A DNA stretch of 40,660 nt from Patescibacteria group bacterium (GTDB lineage: Bacteria > Patescibacteriota > Minisyncoccia > Phycocordibacterales > UBA918): contig WFTF01000047.1 in the NCBI GenBank assembly GCA_015485575.1, positions 1 through 40,660 of the forward strand. The letters are read 5' to 3'. Position 1 is the first letter of the stretch, and every line of letters begins with the position of its first letter. Below, piece after piece: positions 1 through 8,305 of this stretch. The position numbers and the translations under genes were made by a program. The notes below the pieces were generated by a model that had not been told where the DNA came from, did no database searches, and worked only from the letters and a program-made list of their open reading frames with translations.

Positions 1-42
1 GGTGATATGCAAGTGTACCTCCCTTTCTGCACTTCCAAAACT

Positions 43-70
43 AGTATAGAAGTGGCGGTTTGAGTGTCAA
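43..70 (-). promoter_or_regulatory. sigma70-type promoter for a gene running off the left edge
   Basis: Minus strand TTGACA-16 nt-TATACT, followed by GGGAGG and a possible TTG start near position 12. Confidence 0.55.
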
Positions 71-203
71 CGGAAAATATCACAAACACACGTTTTTGAA
101 GTTTGTCAAATCTCTCTAGGGGTGTGTCTAAAATATCGCTTAACTAAGCCACAAAAAAGCTTTTTCATCCTACTCGACTTATATAAAAGACACACGAAAA
201 AAG

Positions 204-222
204 TTTTGCACAGTTATACACA
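204..222 (+). promoter_or_regulatory. tandem DnaA-box-like sites
   Basis: TTTTGCACA (204-212) and TTATACACA (214-222) match TTWTNCACA; a perfect TTATCCACA lies at 754-762. Confidence 0.45.
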
Positions 223-232
223 GGTTATGTCC

Positions 233-261
233 TTTACAAAGTTTTATAAAGGACATAGTAT
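233..261 (+). promoter_or_regulatory. sigma70-type promoter of candidate ncRNA
   Basis: TTTACA-17 nt-TAGTAT. Confidence 0.4.
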
Positions 262-267
262 ATGCGC

Positions 268-695
268 AGGCCCAGAGAGGGCGAGCACATACAACAAACG
301 TAGAGTGCAGCAATGCAATCTACAAAGTATGTCTTAAAGAGTACATTCCACAAAGCAAAATGAGTTAATACCTCCAACTCTAAAGTTCATAACATCCCAC
401 CTAACTTATCGTAAGCACTTGTTGTGCAGGTTGCAATGAGGAGAGGAATTAAAGTAGCAAAAGAAAAAAAGATTCCGATCCTCGTAGCAGCTTGCACATC
501 AAGAGTACAAGTTAACCTAAAACGTACAAGCTTACAAAAAAGAGCCACATAAAGTTTGGAAGTCCCCAAAAAAAGAAGAAAGGACGACCACCTGAAGCTC
601 ACGCTTCACTTCGGCTCGCAAAACTACATAAAAGCCTGAAGGCTTTGGTAGCTGATGACCATAACCATCCGCTTCCAAATCCTTCAGGCTTTTTT
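268..695 (+). ncRNA. candidate structured non-coding RNA, family unknown
   Basis: No convincing ORF. Stem 287-332 is capped by a GCAA tetraloop, a long stem 418-503 has G-U pairs on the + strand, and a terminal hairpin at 630-695 ends in a T-run. Confidence 0.4.
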
Positions 696-763
696 CTTAT
701 GCTCGTCACTTTCATTCAATAACTGTCTTACGCTCTTCTCAATTATCTGCTACTTATCCACAG

Positions 764-800
764 AAAAAGACGGGAATGCCATGAACCCCCCCGTCTTTTT
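764..800 (-). terminator. probable intrinsic terminator of cca
   Basis: AAAAAGACGGG...CCCGTCTTTTT inverted repeat just after the cca stop. Confidence 0.55.
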
Positions 801-816
801 ACCAAGTGATCCTATC

Positions 817-2295
817 TTATCCGACTTTATGCTGCCTTTCTATGGCTTTAAGTGCTTTTTCTTCTGCTTGCGCCTGCTTTTCCTTTCCTGCTGTCCCCAG
901 TTGTTCCAACTTTGCTTCCGGCAGTCGTATAAGCTCTAAAACCCTTGTTTCTAGGTACTTTTTGGTGTTTTTTTGCGGTTCATCAAGCACCTCTTCCAGC
1001 AGCGCATGCAGTACATATCCAAGCTTTTTCCCCGGCTTTTCCCCAGTGATTTCCATAATCCGGTTTCCGTCTATTTGCAACATTTTCACTGATATGGGGT
1101 CGCGAAGCGCTTGATCCACCATGGCCTTATACTTGCGAAAGCGAAACGGTTGCTCTTTAGGGCGTCCGGTGCCAATGCGATCGCAGATGCGAAGGTTAAG
1201 CAGGTCGTGAATATGCCCTTCTCCCACCCGTACTATGGTACGTCGCACCGCGGAAAGTGTTATTTGGTCTGGATCAGAGAAAAACATATGCCAGCGTACC
1301 AATGTTTCCACCTGTTGACTAAACTCCTTTGGCAGACGCAGGCGTGCAAGTATTTTTCGGGTCATACGCGCACCCACCACTTCGTGACCGTAGAAGGAGT
1401 ACTCTTTGTTTTTGCCACCAACAGTGCGAGTGGCTGGCTTACCGATATCGTGCAAAAGTGCGGCGAGGCGTATTTCCAGCGAAAAACCCTTATCTGCAGC
1501 CGCTTGGCAGCTGCGTAGCAGGTGTTCATAGACATCATACGCATGAATACCCCCCTGCTGGCAACCGATTGCATCTTTCAGTTCCGGCAGCACATACTCA
1601 AGAAGCCCCAGACGCTCCATCAGAATAATACCCTGCATGGGGGTGTTGCTTGCCAGCAGTTTCAGAAACTCGTCGGCGATACGCTCAATGGAAATACGGC
1701 TCAATTGCTGATGATTTTTACTTATTGAGTTCATGGTCTCCGCTTCTATAGCAAAATTTAGCTGTGCGGCAAGGCGTATGGCACGCATCATGCGCAGTGC
1801 GTCTTCGGCAAAACGTTCATCCGGATTTCCAACCGTTTTAAGGCGTTTTTTCTTGATATCTCCCATGCCATCAAACAAATCAACGATCTGCTCGTCTGAT
1901 GTGCGGTAGGCAATGGCGTTGACGGTAAAGTCGCGGCGCTTGAGGTCTTCCTCCAGAGAAACACCAAATCGTACATGATCCGGTCGTCGCCCGTCAGAGT
2001 AGTGCCCCTCACTGCGATAGGGGGTCACTTCCACCACTTCCAGAGTTGGGTCGTTGGTATTCTCATTTTTTACCCCGACGGTACCAAAATCGTTGTTGCA
2101 GAAGGTTTCATTTTCTCCAAAAAGCGCTTGTATCTGCTCGGGGTCGGCATTAGTGGTGATATCCCAATCTTTCGGGGTGTTGCCAAGCAGCATGTCACGC
2201 ACGCAGCCACCAACCAAATAGGCCTCAAAACCTGCGTTTTCAAGAGTGTCGGCTACGGTCAGCACTTCTTTTGGGATATTAAATGTGTGTGTCAT
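817..2295 (-). CDS. cca: CCA tRNA nucleotidyltransferase with HD domain
   Basis: Class II motifs GGCVRD, DWDITT, RRDFTVNA and EDALRMMR, the flexible loop YRSEGHYSDGRRP, and HD motif LLHDIGKP. Confidence 0.93.
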   Translation of the reverse strand: MTHTFNIPKEVLTVADTLENAGFEAYLVGGCVRDMLLGNTPKDWDITTNADPEQIQALFGENETFCNNDFGTVGVKNENTNDPTLEVVEVTPYRSEGHYSDGRRPDHVRFGVSLEEDLKRRDFTVNAIAYRTSDEQIVDLFDGMGDIKKKRLKTVGNPDERFAEDALRMMRAIRLAAQLNFAIEAETMNSISKNHQQLSRISIERIADEFLKLLASNTPMQGIILMERLGLLEYVLPELKDAIGCQQGGIHAYDVYEHLLRSCQAAADKGFSLEIRLAALLHDIGKPATRTVGGKNKEYSFYGHEVVGARMTRKILARLRLPKEFSQQVETLVRWHMFFSDPDQITLSAVRRTIVRVGEGHIHDLLNLRICDRIGTGRPKEQPFRFRKYKAMVDQALRDPISVKMLQIDGNRIMEITGEKPGKKLGYVLHALLEEVLDEPQKNTKKYLETRVLELIRLPEAKLEQLGTAGKEKQAQAEEKALKAIERQHKVG

Positions 2296-2392
2296 GTGTA
2301 GTATTGTAGCAGAAATAAGCTTGTTTTTTGTTCTTTTTTGTAACTCCTGTGATTGCTGTATATGTTAAGTGGAAAGCAATGGTTACGTACCC

Positions 2393-2440
2393 ATATATGC
2401 AAAGCGCGTCGGTAGTACCACCGACGCGCTTTGCATATAT
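2393..2440. repeat. 21-bp perfect inverted repeat 3' of tRNA-Arg (terminator or processing hairpin)
   Basis: ATATATGCAAAGCGCGTCGGT-6 nt-ACCGACGCGCTTTGCATATAT. Confidence 0.8.
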
Positions 2441-2445
2441 CTTTG

Positions 2446-2517
2446 TGTGCCTGCCAGGACTCGAACCCAGAACGCGTGGGCCGAAACCACGAATGATATC
2501 CATTTCACCACAGGCAC
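2446..2517 (-). tRNA. tRNA-Arg(TCG)
   Basis: Acceptor stem GTGCCTG/CAGGCAC, anticodon arm CGTGG-TT TCG GC-CCACG, T-loop TTCGAGT; CCA not encoded. Confidence 0.93.
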
Positions 2518-2753
2518 AAACGAGAAACATTCAAATTTCTCACCGTGTTTACTTGTGAATGTTACAAGCTCCGGATACTCGGCAACTTACAACAGTCAAT
2601 ACTATACTGCATATACGAAAAAAATCAATAATACCACTTGTTGTTGTGTCCCCAGAAAATATAAGCATTTGCTTGATGTAAAAAGCGCCCCCCTTTAGAC
2701 GCACCTAATTGTACATGATGAACACTTGTAGTAGTATATTGTATACATAGTCT

Positions 2754-3422
2754 ATGGTACGAAACAAAGAAACATATAAGCAGGTCTTGGAATTTCGCAA
2801 GCGGGGCTTCACGTATGCGGAGATTGCAAAAATATGCGGTATTTCAAAAAGCACGGTGAGTAACTACCTCTCCAAAAAAAAGTTTTCCAAGGAAATAGCA
2901 AAGGAAAACGCACAGAAAGCGGCACGGGAGAATAAGAAGCGCATGAGACTGTTAAATAAAGCGCGTAAAGCCGAGCGCAACGCCCGCTATCGCGAGGCGT
3001 TGCGCTCGGCTGAGACCGAGTTTAAGCACTACAAGCATTCCCCGCTGTTTGTTGCCGGTTTATCGCTGTATATGGCGGATGGTGACCTTGGAGACACTGC
3101 ACGCATCCGGATGAGCAGTACCAATACGCAGGTGCATCGTATTTTTATACATTTTCTGCGTGATTTTCTGGGTATTGAGAGTACTCAGGTCACATTTGTG
3201 GCAACATTGTATACGGGCATGGACGAAAGTAGAGAAATGAAATGGTGGTCTCGTGCAATAAAACTATCAGTGCGGCATTTTGGTAAAACCCAGTTTTTGA
3301 AAACAGATAAGATCAACTCTCACCCCGCTACACATCATGGCTCAGGCAGTACGTTTCTGAATAACACCACCCAAAAGAAAAAACTGTTGCGTTGGATTCA
3401 GTTGATGCAAGCAGAGTTATAA
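2754..3422 (+). CDS. HTH + LAGLIDADG-like domain protein (paralog of 13894-14565)
   Basis: N-terminal HTH (RKRGFTYAEIAKICGISKSTVS) and LAGLIDADG-like helix LFVAGLSLYMADG; WS...FGKTQ shared with the paralog. Confidence 0.7.
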   Translation: MVRNKETYKQVLEFRKRGFTYAEIAKICGISKSTVSNYLSKKKFSKEIAKENAQKAARENKKRMRLLNKARKAERNARYREALRSAETEFKHYKHSPLFVAGLSLYMADGDLGDTARIRMSSTNTQVHRIFIHFLRDFLGIESTQVTFVATLYTGMDESREMKWWSRAIKLSVRHFGKTQFLKTDKINSHPATHHGSGSTFLNNTTQKKKLLRWIQLMQAEL

Positions 3423-3499
3423 GTCAAACGTATGGACTTACCGATGTAATTTGACCATTTACCCGAGATGGTGTTAAATACAGTACCGCACAAAATACA

Positions 3500-3570
3500 G
3501 CGGCCATGGTTAAGTGGTATAACGGGTCCTTGCCAAGGATCAGTCGGGAGTTCGATTCTCCCTGGCCGCA
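3500..3570 (+). tRNA. tRNA-Gly(GCC)
   Basis: Acceptor stem GCGGCCA/TGGCCGC, anticodon arm GGTCC-TT GCC AA-GGATC, TTCGATT T-loop; followed by CCT rather than CCA. Confidence 0.95.
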
Positions 3571-3747
3571 CCTATAAAAAGTTCCCCGTCCGGGGAACTT
3601 TTTATAGGTTCGGTCGGGATCGTAGCTTTGTGAATACAAAGCGTTACGCGAATCGAAGGGCTTTTGTGCTAGTTTGTGAGACGGAGTCGATACAAAATAG
3701 CCAAAAGGCGTGCTGAAGCTGTAAGCTTCGATTCTCCCTGGCCGCAC
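3551..3747 (+). mobile_element. mini-element bounded by a 21-bp direct repeat of the tRNA-Gly 3' end
   Basis: TTCGATTCTCCCTGGCCGCAC at 3551-3571 and 3727-3747; the interior is entirely hairpins. Confidence 0.6.
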
Positions 3748-3800
3748 GAGTACAAAATGAGCGCACGTCAGTGCGTCATTTTTGTTCATACAGGATTGGG

Positions 3801-3824
3801 AATTTAGGGGTCAGACCCCTAATT
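3801..3824. repeat. REP-like palindrome family A, copy 1
   Basis: AATTTAGGGGTC-A-GACCCCTAATT; related copies at 14730 and 16654. Confidence 0.75.
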
Positions 3825-3930
3825 AACAGATTTTGGTAAATGATATAGCATATATGCTATATAGTGTATCTTTTTGCATAGTTTTCTGGTAGTATAGCTT
3901 GGAATTCATATACATATGGAGGACACACAT

Positions 3931-4830
3931 ATGACAATGAAAAAAATCGTCCTCCCTGAGGGGGACAGTCAACGAGTTCTTTCCGCTGCACAGGGGATTT
4001 TGAATCAAGGTATTTGTCATCCGGTTTTGATCGGGGATGCTGCACATATTTGCGGTGAAATTGAAGCTCCTCTTGAGAGTTATACCGTGCTTGCGTCTGA
4101 CAGTACCGAGCTGGATCGGCTGCAAGCTGCAGCTGCAGCGAAAGGTAAAGAGCTTCGCGTTTCTGACGCATCTTTGGTACAGGGTGCTGCGTTGGTACGA
4201 GACGGGTATGCTGACGGCATTGTCGGTGGTGCTCAAACCGGAACGGATGAGGTCTTTTTGGCGTATATCAAGACTATCGGTGTGCATGAGGACGTTTCTC
4301 GTGTAACCAGCTGCTTCTTGATGGAAAAAGACAATCAGCGTTTTATTTTTGCCGATTGTGCACTCAATCCGGAATCCAACGCTTCGGAACTGGCAGAAAC
4401 GGCTTACCTGAGCGCTCAATTTGCAAAAACGGTGGGAATAGAAGAGCCTGTTGTGGCATTTCTGTCTTTTCAGACCGTTGGAAATGCGCCGCATGCGCTA
4501 ATGCAGCTTCCGCGTGATGCTGCAAAAATTGCACGTGAAACCTATGCACTGCGCGCAAACGGTCCCTTGCAGTTTGATGCGGCACTGTTGCCGGATGTTG
4601 CAAAGCGCAAGACCAAAGACTGTGACGTGGCTGGACATGCCAATGTCTTTATCTTTCCGGATCTTGAAAGTGGTAACATCGGCTACAAAATCGCCGAGCG
4701 TATGGGCGGGTTTACAGCAACAGGTCCCCTGTTTTTGGGCTTTAGAAAGCCCGCCTACGACCTGTCTCGAGGGTGTTCCGTAGAAGACATCATTTCGGTG
4801 GTGCGTATGGCGGTGCAGCATGCAGAGTAA
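3931..4830 (+). CDS. pta: phosphate acetyltransferase
   Basis: KKIVLPEG, FADCALNP, GPLQFDAA, ANVFIFPDLESGNIGYK, DLSRGCS. GGAGG at 3918-3922 favours ATG 3931. Confidence 0.92.
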   Translation: MTMKKIVLPEGDSQRVLSAAQGILNQGICHPVLIGDAAHICGEIEAPLESYTVLASDSTELDRLQAAAAAKGKELRVSDASLVQGAALVRDGYADGIVGGAQTGTDEVFLAYIKTIGVHEDVSRVTSCFLMEKDNQRFIFADCALNPESNASELAETAYLSAQFAKTVGIEEPVVAFLSFQTVGNAPHALMQLPRDAAKIARETYALRANGPLQFDAALLPDVAKRKTKDCDVAGHANVFIFPDLESGNIGYKIAERMGGFTATGPLFLGFRKPAYDLSRGCSVEDIISVVRMAVQHAE

Positions 4831-4854
4831 CCATCTTTACGGTGAGATAAAGGG

Positions 4855-5666
4855 CGTTTCTCATGAAACGCCCTTTCTAATGCATATATTTATTAGTGAG
4901 ATTCAGATAGTTACACATGAAACAAAAAGTACTATGCAGACCATAGCACCCATTTACTTACTATATTTACTATATGTTGAATATATCACTGTTTTTCTCC
5001 CATTCTTATGTCACTACAAGAGGTTTCATGTGTAACCAATGATAGAGGAATAACAATGTTTCACGTGACACAACTACTATTTCATATGAAATGAAGTATT
5101 TTAAACCGGAAACAAATATCAGAATCAAAAAATCACCATTTTTGCGTATAACGGCAATAAAACACACTAAAAGTTGTCGTGCACACAGTTCACTCATTTC
5201 AAATACGATGCAATGATACGGACTCCAACTAGCCACCTTTTTGCAAAACAGAATTAAATCGTGGATAACCAGGTGGATAGGTGGATAAAGGACAGTACTT
5301 TACAATGAGTGATTTTAGTAAAATATCCCTATAAATCAGTATTTTTAAAGGAAAATCATCGATTTTGTACTTTAATAATGTTTCACGTGAAACATTGCAA
5401 AAATAGTTCCACATGGAACAATATAAACATTCATGGCAACAGGTAGTAAGAAAAATACCAAGAAAATAGGAGATTTGGGTGAAAAAATTGCTCAAAAATA
5501 CTTGCATGATAGTGGGTTTGTTATAGTTGGTACCAATTTCTGGAGGAAGTGGGGTGAAATTGACATTATTGCAAAAGATAAACAGGGAGTGTTGCGTTTT
5601 GTTGAAGTAAAATCCGTTTCATATGAAACTATCACAGACCTGGAATACGCAGTTACACATGAAACT
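4855..5666. promoter_or_regulatory. cluster of parS-like ParB-binding palindromes
   Basis: Perfect TGTTTCACGTGAAACA at 5379-5394; variants at 4855, 4909, 5022, 5057, 5405, 5615 and 5651; weaker matches at 4527 and 5078. Confidence 0.85.
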
Positions 5667-5843
5667 TGGCAACCTGAGGAACAGGTACACGCACGTAAAC
5701 TTCGTCAGATAGAAAAAACCATTGCCTCATGGATCACGGAACAGAGTTACGATGGTTTATGGCAGATTGATGTACTTGCCGTGAAGATGGTTATCCCCGA
5801 AAAGTATGCATCGGTTTCGTTTATTGAAAATGTTGTGCAGTAG
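5433..5843 (+). CDS. yraN: YraN (UPF0102) family endonuclease
   Basis: G.LGE.IA..YL...G, NF..KWGEIDIIA, LRFVEVK and IDVLAV motifs. Confidence 0.88.
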   Translation: MATGSKKNTKKIGDLGEKIAQKYLHDSGFVIVGTNFWRKWGEIDIIAKDKQGVLRFVEVKSVSYETITDLEYAVTHETWQPEEQVHARKLRQIEKTIASWITEQSYDGLWQIDVLAVKMVIPEKYASVSFIENVVQ

Positions 5844-5844
5844 A

Positions 5845-5890
5845 GGTTCATTCTCAATAAAGGACACATGTCCTTTATTGAGAATGAACC
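5845..5890. repeat. 22-bp perfect inverted repeat right after the yraN stop
   Basis: GGTTCATTCTCAATAAAGGACA-CA-TGTCCTTTATTGAGAATGAACC. Confidence 0.8.
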
Positions 5891-6053
5891 ATAATGAAAA
5901 TATTTATACCCAATGGATATCGCAAGTGGATGTGTAAAAATACGCACTCTGCACCTTCGTTTTCTCATGTCAGATGTTTAGCGACTTACGTATTCCGGGT
6001 GAATGAAAATTAAATAGCCCCAGTTGCTTTTTTTAAACGTGCAAGATAGAAAA

Positions 6054-6183
6054 ACTGAACATCACTTGTTCAGTGCTGGTTATCGATATTTCTGCTCGCA
6101 ATCTCCAGAAATATCTGATGGACCTTTTGTTTTCCATCATGCTCTGACAAATTATAGTCAGAAAAAGCTCCACGTATTCGCTT
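6054..6183 (-). repeat. copy of the structured dispersed element, downstream of tRNA-Pro
   Basis: Minus strand AAGCGAATACGTGGAGCTT is 18/19 identical to 33917-33935; GATATTTCTG-GAGATTGCGAG-CAGAAATATC parallels 33951-33981. Confidence 0.75.
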
Positions 6184-6290
6184 TTTCTTTCTTAATTTGT
6201 ATGACCAAGCATACAAATTTCACTCACTCGGTCATAGAAATACATCTCACTCCGCTTGCTGTATTTCTACGACACTCATTCGTTCATTTG

Positions 6291-6361
6291 TCGGGATGCC
6301 GGGAATCGAACCCGGGCCACACGGTCCCAAACCGCGTACACTACCATTATGCTACACCCCG
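6291..6361 (-). tRNA. tRNA-Pro(TGG)
   Basis: Acceptor stem CGGGGTG/CATCCCG, anticodon arm CGCGG-TT TGG GA-CCGTG, TTCGATT; CCA not encoded. Confidence 0.94.
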
Positions 6362-6548
6362 AATCACACTGTGCGGATATTAGCTGTACACAAAACGGCA
6401 TCTACAAGGAAGAATTCTCATGACACAAAATCAAAGAATGGTTTCCTTATATTTGCATTTTGCGGGCACATCATACCACCAGTTTTTAAAAAAAGCGAGT
6501 ATCTGTATGTTATCTGATACAATGTATGTTACAGCAATAGCAAGATAT

Positions 6549-7472
6549 ATGATCACACATTATTTTAAAACTTTGAAAGATGACACATTGAAAGAGGTTG
6601 ACACCATTCGCACCGGTGTTTGGACTCATGTAGTGGCGCCAACAAATGAAGAGCTGTCGGAAGTTATTGAGATGTATGGACTTGATGCTTCTATCGTGAC
6701 TGATATTCAAGATTTTTTTGAGGTGCCGCGCGTGGAAAAGGCGGGAAGTGCTACCTACTTTTTTACCCGCTATCCCTATGATGAGACTGATGAAGATATT
6801 GATACCGCACCCATTTTAATTGTTATGGGGGAGTCGTTTGTGGTAACGGTATCTCCGCGTGAAATTCCCCAGTTTCATACGTTTATATCGGGGAAAGTGG
6901 ATATCAACACAACACAAAAAGCCCGATTTTTTATTCAAATTATGCACATGTTGACGCAGTCGTTTGAAAGGGAGCTTGTGCGATTGCGTAAATCGGTACA
7001 CAGCAATAAAGCTCGCTTGCGCAGTATCAGCAACCGAGACATTGAGCGGTTGGTGAACTATGAACATGAGCTCAACGACATGATTGCGGCCGTTATCCCC
7101 ACGAACACTTGGTTGCAACAGGTCACCACCGGTAACTACATACAGTTGTTCGCTGAAGATGTGGAGATGATGGAGGATCTTATGATTGCAAACAGTCAGC
7201 TGGTTGACTCGGCACGATCAGTACTGAAAACCATTCAAAATATTCGTACTGCAACGGAGTCTATTCTCGCAAATAAGCTAAACGCGACCATGCAACGCCT
7301 TACCATCTTCACTATCATTCTCACTATTCCGACGGTAGTGGCATCCCTGTATGGAATGAACGTACTTTTGCCGATGGCGGAAAATCCCTTTGCATTCTGG
7401 ATGGTCCTTATCATTATTGTGATATTGGTGGTGGGTGTGGTATTTATTTTCAAAAAAAGCAGATGGTTGTAG
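6549..7472 (+). CDS. corA: CorA-family Mg2+ transporter
   Basis: C-terminal LNATMQRLT...PTVVASLYGMNV (GMN motif) and two TM helices; start taken at MITHYFK. Confidence 0.9.
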   Translation: MITHYFKTLKDDTLKEVDTIRTGVWTHVVAPTNEELSEVIEMYGLDASIVTDIQDFFEVPRVEKAGSATYFFTRYPYDETDEDIDTAPILIVMGESFVVTVSPREIPQFHTFISGKVDINTTQKARFFIQIMHMLTQSFERELVRLRKSVHSNKARLRSISNRDIERLVNYEHELNDMIAAVIPTNTWLQQVTTGNYIQLFAEDVEMMEDLMIANSQLVDSARSVLKTIQNIRTATESILANKLNATMQRLTIFTIILTIPTVVASLYGMNVLLPMAENPFAFWMVLIIIVILVVGVVFIFKKSRWL

Positions 7473-7500
7473 TAGACTGGTGCATACCTTATCTGACCAA

Positions 7501-7527
7501 AACCTAGGTCATTCAATGACCTAGGTT
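7501..7527. repeat. REP-like palindrome family B, copy 1
   Basis: AACCTAGGTCATT-C-AATGACCTAGGTT; second copy at 34219-34249. Confidence 0.75.
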
Positions 7528-7573
7528 GCGTCGGAGAGGGGTAGAGTAGGGTAGAAAAAGAAAAAAAGAAAAA

Positions 7574-8179
7574 ATGAAAAAACAAGTATTTTATATTCAT
7601 GGGGGAGAGGCATATCAAACGTATGACGATTTTTTGTCTGATTTACGGCAAAAACCACTACGTTCACCGCAGGGGGTTACTCCACCCTTATGGTACCAGA
7701 CACTCAGGGACGACTTGGGCGACGAGTATGAAGTATTTACTCCCCAAATGCCCAATAAGCAAAATGCACAGTATCAAGAGTGGAAAATATGGTTTGAGAG
7801 ACACTTTGCATTCCTGCGCGACAATGTGATTTTGCTGGGTTGGTCACTGGGGGGTATCTTTCTTGCGAAATATCTCTCGGAAAATGAACCGCCGTTTTAT
7901 GTGGACAAGTTGATACTGATGGCAGCACCATTTTACACCGAAGAGCTGACTGATATTTGCTGCGGTGATTTTGTGTTGGATCCGGAATCACTCGCCTTGT
8001 TGCCGCAAAAAGTGGGGCGGATTGTGTTACTGCACTCAAAAGACGATTTTGTGGTGCCGTATGAACATGCGTTGCTATACCAGCGTATTTTTATTACCGC
8101 CTCACTTTTATCGTTTGACGATAAGAATCATTTTTTACTTGAAAAGCTTCCTGAAGTGGTGAGGGTTATCACCGAGTAG
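7574..8179 (+). CDS. alpha/beta hydrolase (YdeN/RBBP9-like)
   Basis: IHGG, nucleophile elbow GWSLG, HSKDDFVVP and catalytic His in NHF. Confidence 0.85.
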   Translation: MKKQVFYIHGGEAYQTYDDFLSDLRQKPLRSPQGVTPPLWYQTLRDDLGDEYEVFTPQMPNKQNAQYQEWKIWFERHFAFLRDNVILLGWSLGGIFLAKYLSENEPPFYVDKLILMAAPFYTEELTDICCGDFVLDPESLALLPQKVGRIVLLHSKDDFVVPYEHALLYQRIFITASLLSFDDKNHFLLEKLPEVVRVITE

Positions 8180-8305
8180 TGCTTACTGCAGGCGATGAAG
8201 CGAAGCATCGCCGCCTTTGCGCCGATTCATATTTTGTTGCCTAACTGTATTTGTCCTATGTAAGGAACGGTGAAGTTATTCGTCTTAAAGTATAATGGTT
8301 CTGTT

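Noticed and set aside
122..939. Short ORFs 122-337, 387-602, 655-939 and a 38-codon ORF from 436
   Set aside because: No recognisable motifs or clear RBS; they overlap promoter, DnaA-box and hairpin features that explain the region better
2754..3570. HTH-LAGLIDADG-like ORFs as endonucleases encoded in tRNA introns
   Set aside because: Both neighbouring tRNA-Gly genes are intact and uninterrupted, and no upstream tRNA half is visible
3424..3789. ORFs 3424-3789 (-) and 3468-3716 (+)
   Set aside because: They overlap tRNA-Gly and its repeats and are artefacts of the palindromic sequence
4820..5507. ORFs 4820-5035, 5006-5236 and 5229-5507 with repeated VSHET/VTHET/VSRET peptides
   Set aside because: The peptide repeats are translations of parS palindromes
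4855..5666. CRISPR array
   Set aside because: The repeats are 16-bp degenerate palindromes with irregular spacing and no cas genes; they match parS
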